NCBI RefSeq assembly: GCF_006345805.1
Contig: NC_043016.1
Span: 22,072,001-22,136,000, forward strand
DNA from: Octopus sinensis
Lineage: Eukaryota
DNA: 64,000 nucleotides
Direction of reading: 5' to 3'
A model generated the notes under the pieces. The model did no database searches. It was given only the letters and a program-made list of their open reading frames with translations, and was not told the DNA's origin. Of the stretch, positions 1-11,650 are shown in pieces; position 1 is the first letter of the stretch; each line of letters opens with the position of its first letter. Made by a program: the position numbers and the translations under genes.

Positions 1-1013
1 TCAGGGGTTGGCCAAATTATTTTTAGTTTTAAATTATACTCATGGAGTAATCTAGAGGTATATCTAACTTTTGAGGAAAAGAAAGAGAGAGGGAGAGAAG
101 TACTGTTTCACACAGAGTAATATAGGAACAAGACGAAAGGGAAACATAAAACAGGAGCAAATAAGTGTAACAATAGCAAAGAGAAACAGAAGCAAGAAAT
201 CCTAGTGAACTGTCTGACTAGCAAGTTAAAGAACTGGTGAGACAAAAGAGAGAAAAGTTTTTTTTTTTTTTGAGACTGAGAGTGTCTAACAACATGTATA
301 AGAGAAAGGAGGAAATAGTTTTCAGGTCACCTTCAGTTTAGCAAACTTTCAACAATAATGGATACACTTTCTTTCCCATTAGTCCATAAAATGGAGAGTT
401 TGCTTTTGTTCTGTATTGTCTTCTAATTATTATTAAGTTTCCCATCTTTCCATGTATACTCTTATGAAATGACAGTTATCTCCATTAAATTATTTATATA
501 TCTTCATATTTTTTGTTTTCACTCTCCACTGTTTATTTTAATAGTTCATGTCTGATTTAGTCTTTTCCTTCTTAGTGCACAATTTTTCCGTGCCTATGTG
601 AGTAATTGGTTTACACAACGATCAATGCCATCACCATAAAGGAGGTGTTCAGCAAAGAAACTAAATTCTCTGATATGAGATGAAACCAACAACAACAATC
701 ACACACACACACACACATACATACAAACACACATACACACACATATACATACATACATTCACATACGGACATATATAAATATACACACATGTACAAATAT
801 AAATACACACATACACACAGAAAAAAATGTATGTATTTATTATTGACAATTTTTGCATGCCTTAAGAGACAAGTAATAGATTTGTTATCAAGAAAGGCAT
901 CCAACGATGAAACTGTTGTCTCAAAAAGTCCTAGCCAGCATACAAAAATACACATAAAAGCTATGATTTTCATTATATCTAGTGTTATATTATATGTGTG
1001 CTTTTTTTAAAAA

Positions 1014-1121
1014 TCAGACTGGGCCTGGCGCAGCCTTCTGGCTTCCCAGACCCCAGTTGAACCGTCCAACCCATGCTAGCATGGAAAACGGACGTTAAAC
1101 GATGATGGTGATGATGATGAT
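1014..1121 (+). mobile_element. 5'-truncated SINE/RTE 3' tail ending in (GAT)n
   Basis: ...aaccgtccaacccatgctagcatggaaaacggacgttaaacgatgatg; the same tail recurs at 3138, 14826, 18808, 31880, 41125, 49500 and 60068. Confidence 0.8.
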
Positions 1122-1568
1122 GTACAAAAGTATCTGAGAAGTAAACAATAATTTCCTGTATTATTTTTGTAATTTTAAAAACTCCTTTTTCTTTTAACTT
1201 TATGCAGAGTATGAGAGTGACTTCACTTTCCATGCTTGAGTGCACAGGTTATTTTTTTAGCTTTCCATACAAAATGCACCTCCAACTGTAGTAGAGTATG
1301 AGTCAAGGGAGGAATTTGGCTGTTATTTCCAGCTGATTGAACAACTACACAGAGGTTCCCCTCATTGGAAGCAGATGTCTGACACAAATTAGCACCAGAC
1401 TAATTGCATTGAATTTTTTTTATAAATTCTATTTCTCTGATCAAATTAAAATATGTTTAGGTTTTGTAGAGCACGTCAGTCTTTATGCATCTGTGTATGT
1501 TCACATCTGGGGAAGATTTTGTTGCTGTTTCAAACATTTCAAACATATCAATTAATCACAAGGAGATT

Positions 1569-1850
1569 TGGCAAATGGAAAATGGAAGACGAGAATTTAT
1601 TATTAATCACAATTGTTTCAACATATCCAGCATTGATCCCTCACATTTGGGACACTCAACTAGTGGTTCAGGAGTATCCGGTGGTGCAGATGTATCTCAT
1701 CAGGTGATAGATAGACACAACTCATTAAAATAACAGTCCCACAAGGTAACTCATCATTTTGTAGAAAGAAAAGCAGCTAGACGGAGGAAATGTCTTCATT
1801 TACATAGAAGATCAAAAATAAAATCACAGATAGAAAAAAGAGAAACAAAT
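1569..1850 (+). repeat. Unclassified ~280-bp repeat, copy 1 (inverted partner at 3375-3631)
   Basis: Manual alignment to the reverse complement of 3375-3631, roughly 75-80% identical. Confidence 0.85.
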
Positions 1851-2179
1851 AATGGAGTTGGGACTGCCTTATATACAAATAAATACGATAAATGCTCATA
1901 CTAGGAAAAATCAAAATGTCCATTTATGAATCTCTGTATGAGTACAAATTTTGTATATAAATATACTGTGCACACAATGTTTACATTTGGCAGATGGTTG
2001 ATTCATTTAAGAATTGTTATTGAAACCCTGTCACCAGCTTTAAGTGACATTCAATATCTTTGGCTGATTTTGAGATCATTATTAGAATTTCTGAATGACT
2101 CAAGATGCCTACATGTATATAAATGTACTTTCACACAATGCATTGGGAATGAATTTTAAGTAACTGTTAACATAATTTA

Positions 2180-3138
2180 GGTAAAGGTAAAGGTGACACT
2201 TTAGATACAAATAATTACAGAGGTATCAAGTAATGAAGGTCACGGAGAGGGTCATAACCCAACTACTTAGAGAGAGAGTCAGTTTAGATGAGATGCTGTT
2301 TGGGTTCATGTCGGGGAAAACACCACTGATGCTATATTTCTGGTAAGACAGCTGCAGGAGAAATACCTAGCCAAAGATAAACCTCTGTATCTGGCTTTCG
2401 TTGACATGGAGAAAGCCTTTGACAGGGTCCCCCGATCCCTTATCTGGTGGTCAATGAGGAAACTAGGGATAGATGAATAGTTAGTGAGAGCTGTGCAAGC
2501 CATGTACAGGGACGCCGTTAGTAAGGTGAGGGTTGGCAAGGAGTACAGTGAAGAATTCCGGGTAGATATAGGGGTCCACCAAGGTTCATAGTCCTTCAGG
2601 CAATAACAGAGGAATTCAAGACAGGATGCCCCTGGGAGCTCCTCTATGCTGATGACCTTGCTCTAATTGCTGAGTCACTATCAGAACTAGAGGAGAAGTG
2701 TCAGGTGTGGAAGCAAGGATTAAAATCGAAAGGCCTTAGAGTCAACCTAGCTAAAACCAAAAGGAGAGATATTGAGTCAAGTACATCAACATCAAAAAAT
2801 CAAATGGAAATTGTAGTTGTGATACCTGTGCCGGTGGCATGTAAAAAGCACCATCCAAACTTGGCCGATTCCAGTGCTGCCTTGACTGGCTTCCATGCCA
2901 GTGGCATGTAAAAAGCACCAACCGATCATGGCCATTGCCAGCCTCGCCTGGCATGTAAAAAGCACCCACTACACTCACAGAGTGGTTGGCGTTAGGAAGG
3001 GCATCAAGCTGTAGAAATACTGCCAGATCAGATTGGAGCCTTGTGCAGCCTCCTGGCTTCCCAGACCCCGTTCGAACCATCCAACCCATGCTAGCATGGA
3101 AAATGGATGTTAAATGATGATGATGATGACGATGATGA
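2180..3138 (+). mobile_element. RTE-clade LINE fragment (reverse transcriptase) fused to 3' tail
   Basis: Broken translation KGKGD..NYRGIK...TTDAIFLVRQLQEKYLAKDKPLYLAFVDMEKAFDRVP...LLYADDLALIAES...LRVNLAKTK; (GAT)n tail. Confidence 0.9.
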
Positions 3139-3374
3139 ATTTAAGGTATGGATTGCTTAAGTTTACTGTTAACCTCTCCATTCTAACAAACACCAAGTAG
3201 ATAGTTAACTCGCTTTGTGATCATGAATGCACCAAACCTCATGTGTGCATATGCTCACATTTTTGCAGATGCTTGTATGAATGAGTGTACTCGCACCATG
3301 CAGCTTGCCTGAGGGCATTTACACATTCATATTTGTTAACGGTTATTATTTATAATTTTCTCGCTGTATTGTGT

Positions 3375-3631
3375 GTTTGTTTTTCTTTTTTCCATCTGTG
3401 ATTTTATTTTCGATCTTCTATATAAATGAAGACATTTCCTCCATCTGGCTGCAGTTATTTTAACAAGTTGTATTTATTTATCACCCGACAAGATACATCT
3501 GCACCACCACATGCTGCTGAACCAGTAGTTAAGTGTCCCACCCATGAAGGATCGATGCTGGATGTGTCAAAACAATTGTCGTAATTAATAATAAATTCTT
3601 GTATATTCCATCTACTGTCTTTCATTTGCCA
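3375..3631 (-). repeat. Unclassified repeat, copy 2
   Basis: Inverted homolog of 1569-1850. Confidence 0.85.
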
Positions 3632-3695
3632 TATACATAACGATCACTGTGAAAGTGACCATGTTTTACCAGTAATCTACCAGGTATATCTTCTA

Positions 3696-3978
3696 TCTTT
3701 TACTTGTTTCAGTCATTAGACTGTGGCCATGCTGGGACACCACCTTGAAGAATTTTAGTAGAATAAATCAACACCCCAGTGTCAAGCAGTGGTGAGGGAC
3801 AAACATAGACACAAAGATAACACACATACATACAACAATTTCCATCTACTAAATCCACTTGCAAGGCTTTGGTTGGCTTGAGACTAGAGTAGAAGACACT
3901 TGCCCAAGGTGCCATGCAGTGGGACTGAACTAGGAACCATGTGATTGGGAAGCAAACTTCTTAGCCCACAGCCATGCC
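3696..3978 (-). mobile_element. tRNA-derived SINE (family A: ...gcaccttgggcaagtgtcttct... tail gactgaaacaagtaaaag)
   Basis: Homologous to copies at 21080, 27585 and 53100. Confidence 0.85.
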
Positions 3979-5049
3979 AATGTTAAACTAACAGCACATT
4001 TTAAAAACTTATCTCTCTCATTTTGTCTTTTCTTGGGTGAGGTGGAGGTAGAGGTCATTACCTTATATTTATATGTAGTAATGCCTTCATTATCTCATAT
4101 GTCATGTTTTTTTATGAATATGTGATTCTTGAAAAAGAGAAGAAACATTTAATAACATAGTCCTAGAAATAGTATGCCTAATGCAGATAGTTACAGCTGG
4201 AGCACTTTTGATGTTACATTTGCTGAATGATGGCATAGTTTTGGATATTCCTGTCTTAATTTTATTAGCCTCAAGAAAAATTGAAATATATGAAATCAAA
4301 ACCTAAGTTTATCTTGACTTTATTAGAGAAGCAAGAAAAAAAATCTTAATGAATTTATCTGTTTCTGGTAGTTGAACAAACATTGTGACATACCTTAGCT
4401 TTATTTTTATCAGCGGACTGTGTGTTAATGGTATCTTCAATTTGGCTGTGTCCATACTAGCATGAAAGTATTCAAGTAGTCTTTCAACCTACTAGAAACA
4501 AATAGCCACAAAAAATGTTCCTTAAATCACATCCTGCTGTTTTTTTAAATGAAATATACATTGTATTATGTGGTCTTAGGCACATTCCATCTGAATAAAA
4601 GATAAAAATTGTCATAGCTGAGATCTGTGTAGACCTAGGCCTAAAGAACTTAGCTTGACTATCCTGTCCAGTACAAGACGAACTGCAGAGTCAGAACAAC
4701 AATTTGTGCTCTCTCACTAGAACAGTGGTGTCAAGTAGTAATGGCTAAATACCTCTTGACTCAGTGGTTCTCAAACTCACAAATACCAGTTCCCTCTTCC
4801 CTTCCTCCTCCAAAAAATGATACTGAAATTTTTATCTCATTTGTTTGTTCTAAGAGCAAAGATAATTCTTTTTTCACGATGGTGTTGGAAATTTTATAAC
4901 ATTTAAGATTGTCTTAGCTTTGTTAAACATAGCAATTCATCTGCTCCTCTTCAAATCCTCTAAAGCTTTTCTCAGGGGAGAGCTAGTTCACTTTTATGTG
5001 AAACATTGCCTTAGCCAAACCGGTGAGTTGTTTTTCAAAAGTGACTCAA

Positions 5050-5272
5050 TCTTAAGTGACATACTTTATTTTGGTGTATGCTATAGCTCGGAATGGTCAG
5101 TGGCAAGAGAGGAAGAGGCCAACCAAGAACCCACTGGCTTGACACCATCAAGAGTGACACAGGAATGGCCATGGCCAATCTGAAAGAATTGACCCAGGAT
5201 AGAACTGGCTGGAGAACACTGATCCATCGAGTAACCAAGAGTCGACTTCGACTGAGCAGATAGTTGGTTAAT
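5050..5272 (+). mobile_element. RTE/BovB-like LINE 3' fragment
   Basis: GMVSGKRGRGQPRTHWLDTIKSDTG...QDRTGWRTLIHRVTKSRLRLS, a typical RTE ORF2 C-terminus. Confidence 0.75.
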
Positions 5273-5479
5273 AGCTCAAAAAGTCTTCAGTTGTAGTTTA
5301 GTCCCAAATTCTCAACAAAAACATTCCAGCAATGTCCCTCTCATTTTTTTTTTACTAAGGTATAGTATACCTAGGACTATAGTATCCTTCAGTTCTTTTT
5401 TTTTTTTTTAAGATAGTCAGATGAGAATTGAGGGAAATTTGGCCATTATTTCCAGAACATTGAATAGCCACCTGGTATC

Positions 5480-5775
5480 AGGTTCAGTTCCACTATACAG
5501 CACATGAGCAAGCATCTTCAACTAATCTCCAGACTGCCTAATGACTTGTGTGTGAATTAGGTAAATGGAAATGGTGTGGAAGCCCATTACACACACATGT
5601 ACACACACACAGACACACACCCTATACACACTTCTTAACAGTTCAGCAAAAGAAACCAATAGAATAAGTGCCAGACTTAAAAAACAATAAGTACTAAGGT
5701 CTGTTTGATAAACTGAACTTTTCAAGGCAGTACCCCAGCATACCTACAGTCCAATGACTGAAACAAATAAAGGAT
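5480..5775 (+). mobile_element. Degenerate family A SINE
   Basis: ggttcagttccac...aagcccatt...aatgactgaaacaaataaag. Confidence 0.65.
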
Positions 5776-7229
5776 AGATATATTTAGAAGGTTTTGTAAA
5801 AAATGTCTGTTTCCTCATTGTGTTGGTTATTTCCTAAAACAAAAATACATTCCAGGCACTTACGTGTTTGTGTTATAAGAAACTTGATTTCCAGCCACAT
5901 GGTTTTGGGTTCAGTCTCACTGTGTGACACCTTCAATCAAAGCTTTATGAGTGGAGTAAAAAATAAAAGGCATATATATCAAATCAAGGAAGTTACATTT
6001 TAATTAATTTTTTACTAATTAAAATAAAAACACAGTGCATATACTTAATAATTGATACATATAAAAAACACTCTGTGTGTGTGTGTGTTTGTGCAATATT
6101 TTAAACTAATGCATGTATGTCAGTTAGTATGCTGATGTGTTGAGTAAAGCACTGGCACAGTTTGGGCTACCTAGTCTCATCTGCAGTTGGAGTATATTTT
6201 CATTGGATTTACTTCAGGAATTCTGCAGTGTCAGTTGAGATAATAATCAATTAATGAAACAGAAGATGGATTTGGTATAACTCTTTATTTTGTATGATGA
6301 TTGTTTCAACCCATCCTACTATTGTCCCTTATGGGTGGGATGCTGTGCATATATATAAAGTGTGTAGAAATTTATACACTGAGAGAAAACCACCAAGTTC
6401 TATAAAATATATATTATAAAAATATTTGTGTCTACGGACTTTTCTTATGAATGCTAACCGCTGGTAGGAATTATTATTTTAATAATTTGTCCCCTTATAT
6501 ATATATATATCCAGAGGTAATGCAGCACGATTGTTTCATGCGGCTCCATTTAATTGAACAATGCAATCATTTTATTACATCAATTTAAAATATAGACCAA
6601 TCTTCAGCTGCACAAAGTTATAACTATGATGTTATTGGTACAAAATGTTCTTTGTCTATCTCCTTAACTTCTTGGAGATTTTAAGTAAAATTATACTAAT
6701 GTGTCCTTCTGTTCTAATTTAATTAAATTCTGAATGCTAAAGCATTAAAGTAAATGGGTTTCCATCGGTTTTAATAATGAGTGTTACTTATTAAATTAAT
6801 GTACAAAGTAGTTGAGCATTCCACAGACATGTATACACTTAAATTGACCTTCTAACAGAATCAGTAAAACTGTCTGGACCCTTGAATTACTGGTAAAATA
6901 TGTTCAGCAAGCTTCCACACACTTTCTGTCTATGTCTGTCTAGTTTCCCTCACAAGGCTTGGGTCCATTCAAGGCTATGACAAAATTCACTTGTGAAGGG
7001 TGCTATGCTAGAGTATCAAAGCTAAGATTTCATGATTGTCAAGCAAACTACTTAACCATTCAGTCATTTAAGATGGATAAGAGATTTACCTAAAATTCAG
7101 TACATATGAAAAACACAAACATGTGCATGCATACATACATACGTGTGTACATCTGTACATGCATATGAGCACTGTATACAATAAGCTCACTATTTTGTTC
7201 ACAAGTTTTTCAAACATGATAATGCAAAA

Positions 7230-7720
7230 GCACATGTGCATGTATTAGAAAGAAAATTGGTACATGAACTAAAAGAAAAAAGATGCTCTACATACATACA
7301 CTAAAAGTTATGTTACATACATTAAAAACATTGATACTTATACAAAAAAATACTAACATTAAAATGATATGCATAATTTATTTTAAGAAATTGTCACATT
7401 TATTGAGAAAAAATGGTACATATTAAAAAAAAACATTAGTATATATACTCTATGATTTTATTTCATTTACTAAAAAAATACTGTAAATATATTTAAAATA
7501 TTTAATTCATATATTGAAAAAAATTATACATACAGTAAAAAAAATATATTGTGCACTTTAGAAGTATGTAGTTCATACACTATAGAAATTAGAACATATA
7601 GTAAGAAAAATATTACACTTAATATAGCAGTATGTAGTTTATATACTAAAGAAATAGTATATATTCTAAACATACACTGTACGTATTCTAAAAATATATG
7701 TCAAAAATAAATAGGCTACA
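7230..7720. repeat. Degenerate A-rich minisatellite (tacatatactaaaaaaa-like units); similar tract at 8270-8590
   Basis: Recurrent atatactaaaaa / tacatt motifs spaced about 20-25 nt apart. Confidence 0.5.
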
Positions 7721-8039
7721 CACCCTTAATAAATTGTTAGATTCAGTGAAGAATGTTAGCATACACTGGTGAAGATTCACAGGATATGCTGTAAAATTAG
7801 GTGGCATTTATAAAGAAGAAATTGCTATGCACATTATGATGTGTGTGCATGTACACATGTGTATGTGTGTGTGTAAACTTTATCTTGATTATGTAACTGT
7901 TTGACAGTAATTAATTATTAAGTTACTAGAAAATGCAGCTTACCAGTTACAGTAAAAATTAATCAAAACAAATCAGTGAAACGAATGAGAAAATTGGAAT
8001 ATATATATTTTTTAAAAAATAGGTAGATATTTTTCATTT

Positions 8040-8258
8040 TTTTTTCATTTCATCTAGTTTCAGCTCACGAGCTGTGGCCATGCTGGGGCACCGCCATGAA
8101 AGGAGTATAACAGGGGTCGCCACCACACCCTACCAGAGCCTCGTGGAACTTTTAGGTGTTTTTGCTCAACAAACACACTCGGCACCCGGTCTGGGAATCG
8201 AAACCATGATCCTCCAATCGCGAGTCCGCTGCCCTAACCACTGGGCCATTGCGCCTCC
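8040..8258 (-). mobile_element. tRNA-derived SINE (family B head)
   Basis: Reverse complement GGAGGCGCAATGGCCCAGTGGTTAGGGCAGCGGACTCGCG...GGTTTCGATTCCC with Pol III A and B boxes; same head as 32531. Confidence 0.8.
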
Positions 8259-8805
8259 TATGTTGATATGCTTTTAAAAAATTAGTATATGTACTAAAAA
8301 AAGTTAGCTCAGATACTTGGATAGAATTGATACTTATCCTAAAAATATTGGTATGCAACACCATACATATACTTCCTAACAAAAACAAAAAATATATATA
8401 CATATATGATACATCTACCAAGAAAAAATATTTTATATATACTTTTAAAAAGTGCATTTTTGGAAAAAAGCATTGGTCTATACATTAAAATAAAAGAGGA
8501 CAAAAATAGAAAAATGCTATATTCAAAATAGTCTGTACAGAAAATGGTAGAATTACTAAATGAATGCAGTATATATACTGTATTCATATATGGTCAACAA
8601 ACACAGCTTATATACTTTGATCATAGTTCTACTCTATCAGTGCCAACCTGAGGTTAACAATTAAGCAAAAAGTGAGCCAATAAATTAATTTTCCTGCAGT
8701 CACTCAATCTGCTAGAAGTAACTACCAAATCATTCTGTAATTGCACACTACCATCATAGAAGGAGGACACATTAGCTGGCAGATATACTCTTTATAAGTA
8801 ATATA

Positions 8806-9925
8806 CAGAGTGCAGTGAATAAATTGTCGTCTAAATTACACAAAAATGAAAATAACACTGATATCTCAATTTAACAGATATATTTACCAAAATTACATAA
8901 AAACATCTTCAAATACTAAAGAGTAAATTTATTCGATAAAATTACCATTAGCTTCAACCAGAGCCTCTAGACAACTTCGGAATCTCCTGCAACTCTTCTG
9001 TACAGTCTCCTTGTTTAAGTTGGTGAATGCTGCTACAGTCCTTGCCTTCAGTTCAACTTTACTGTTACAAGGAATTCTATTGGTCTCTGGCTCAACTGTG
9101 CCCCACACATAATAATCAAGGGGTTGCAGTCTGGGGAGTTAATGACCAGATGCTAGGGATTATGAGGTCACAGAAATTGTCTGACATGGTGCAGAGTCCT
9201 GTTGCCAGACATAGAGTCTTCCAGCAGTCATCCTCTTGACCCAGGACAGCATTACCTCCTCCAGGCACTTGATGTAGGCCTCTGTGTTGAGTCTGAGGCC
9301 ATGTGGGAAGATAATGGAGCTATAACTTCACCATCACTAGTGATCATTCCAAACACCATGATTCTGATTGGATGTTTGATTTTTATCACTCTTGGTACAT
9401 GTTTTGGGAACATGACAAGCCAACAGTTGTTTTGTGTGTTCACCATCTGATGCTGGCAGAAATTTTTTTTGTCTGAGAAAAACGAAAACATGTTCAGTTG
9501 GAGGGGATGCTTGAGTTTGTTCAAAAGCTTTGTGATGAGGCCTTTCCTCTTGTCCTTGATGGCTTGGGATAAAAACTGGCCCTCTCTCGTCTTGTATGAG
9601 GACTACCAAATGTCTTCATGCATTACTTGCCTGATAAGAAACTCAGATACTGCCATGTCCCTGGCAATGGACCTGATTGACTTAGCGGGATCATTGTTAA
9701 TCATGGCCTTGATCTCACCAACAAATTTAGGAGTTCTTTTCTTATCAGAACAATCAGATTGAGATTTCCAAGCAGCTATACCTTTGTAATCACCATTAGA
9801 CTCATCCAACTCTTTCCGAATCCTCTGCACTGTCCTCAGATTGACACCCTAACACTCTGAAATGCTCATATTGGGGCTTCTGGCAAGAATACCAAGCAAT
9901 ACAGTATGTTGTTTTGAAATTTCTT
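8806..9925 (-). mobile_element. Tc1/mariner DD37D (maT-type) transposon, decayed
   Basis: FPKHVPRVIKIKHPIRIMVFGMITSDG; 3' end ta|cagagtgcagtgaataaattgtc; homologous to copies at 19424, 21011 and 26647. Confidence 0.85.
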
Positions 9926-10019
9926 TTACCATGCAACTATTTTATGACTGTTCTTTCTGTTTATGCTCCTACTTTTGACAGCAGCTGTGAATCTATCATG
10001 GATTTCTATCTTTTAAAAC

Positions 10020-10170
10020 CCATGTTGGATATGATCATGAGATCTGGGATACACTAGGGAAGCATGGATTAGATGAGATGAAGAGTAATGGTCTTCACCT
10101 TCTTCAGCTTTGCACTGAATTTGAACTCGTCATTTGCAACACTGTTTTTCATCAGAAAGGTATTCATAAA
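10020..10170 (+). mobile_element. RTE LINE APE-endonuclease fragment
   Basis: HVGYDHEIWDTLGKHGLDEMKSNGLHLLQLCTEFELVICNTVFHQK, homologous to 23940-24080. Confidence 0.7.
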
Positions 10171-10821
10171 TGTTTAACTTTAGACACTTGATCTCTGTAA
10201 CCCAATGTGATAAAGTGTTCTCCTGATGATTCACAGTGGTTAAGCATCCAATGCACATGGAACCACAAAGGTTCGTAGTCCTGAAAGCTGTATGGTGACA
10301 TTAATAGTGCAGTATATGCTGTAAAGTGGTTGGCTTTAGATCCCATTCGGGATTGATGGATACCGATATTTTGCCATTTTAATACCCAGGGAGTCATTAC
10401 CACAGTGAACATTTACATTGAATATGTGCAGTCAATAATGTTCACAACACTAGTGCTTTTTCTAATTTGTTATTGAATTTAATCATTTGTCTGCATCATT
10501 GTGACAAATAGTTTTTACACTATTTATATTTAGTCATAGACTGGCGATTCATTTCGTCTCCAGTTTGATTCAGGTATGTGATGTTAATAAGCCATGAAAC
10601 TGGTGAAATATCGGTATCCATTACTCATGAATGAGATCTACGGTGAGTTGTTTTGCCTGTCTATGACTTCCAAGTGGTTTAACACCCAGTGCAATGAGAG
10701 AGTCATCCTCTAGGTGTTTTATTGCAGCGAACATGCAAAACACATATATTGACTATGTTGCAGTTGATAATGTTTGCAACACTAGTGCTGCTTTTAATTC
10801 ATTACTGTATATAGATATACA

Positions 10822-11650
10822 TAGTGGGTGAAAAGTAAGTAAGCTTTAAAAATTGGTAATAAAGTCTATATTCCTTTTACAAATATATTGAAATAAATGT
10901 TACGTATTCTTTATTACTTTGGAAAATGAAAGTAAATCTTCATATTTTCAACGTAATACTGGTAGCATCAACCAGTTTCCTCAAATGGCCAGGGATGGAA
11001 TGAATAACCTTCTGAAGGACTTCATCTGGGATATCATTGAGAACCTCCTGAATCCTTGTCTCCAAGTCCTCCAGTGTGCTAGGTATTGTCTTGTAAACCT
11101 CCTCTTTTGTGTAACTCCACAGGTAAAAATTACATGGAGTGAGATCTGGACTTCTTGAAGTTCTGCACTTCTGCAGTCACAGTCTTCAGATTTTAGCTCC
11201 TGCATGTAATGGGATTTCCATGGATGAAAATTCAAATCTTTATGCTACACCATATGTATTGTATGTCTTGTTAGTCCACTTTCACGAACTGCTTGACGTG
11301 TTGATTTTTGCAGGCTAGGATTAAACATTTCCTGCATTATATTATTATTATTATTATTATTATTCAGGTCACTGCCTGGAATTGAACTTGGGCATATGGC
11401 ATATTGGTTAAGAGCACATGCTACTAACCCTAAGATTCCGAGTTTGATTCTGGGCAGTGACCTGAATAATAACAATTTCCTGTATTGTTGCCATGTTCTC
11501 CACTAATTGGGATGTGGTTGGACAGCCTCATCTTGCATTGTTCACAGAGCCCATGGTCATCAGCTTTGCATGACAACTTTTTATTATCTCCAGATATATT
11601 GATGCATGCTTATCTTTCCATGCATACCACCATCTCTGAACTAAAACAAT
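10822..11650 (-). mobile_element. Internally deleted Tc1/mariner-superfamily transposon
   Basis: ENMATIQEMFNPSLQKSTRQAVRESGLTRHTI...NFHPWKSHYMQELKSEDC...RSPDLTPCNFYLWSYTKEEVYKTIPSTLEDLETRI; interrupted at 11339-11474. Confidence 0.8.
11339..11474. mobile_element. Palindromic tRNA-derived retroposon with 12-bp TSD
   Basis: Left arm is the reverse complement of the right arm's 3' end; flanks atttcctgcatt (11327-11338) and atttcctgtatt (11475-11486). Confidence 0.8.

Noticed and set aside
611-1010. ORFs over (CA)/(TA)/(TAT) microsatellites (also 15610, 20538, 27834, 35168-35481, 36196, 41022, 60030)
   Set aside because: Translations are low-complexity products of simple repeats with no protein features.
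11390-11462. tRNA gene with ACT anticodon (also tRNA-like heads at 8190-8258, 32533-32600, 62848-62920)
   Set aside because: Stems are broken, and the sequences lie within TSD-flanked or tailed repeats; they are SINE heads, not tRNA genes.
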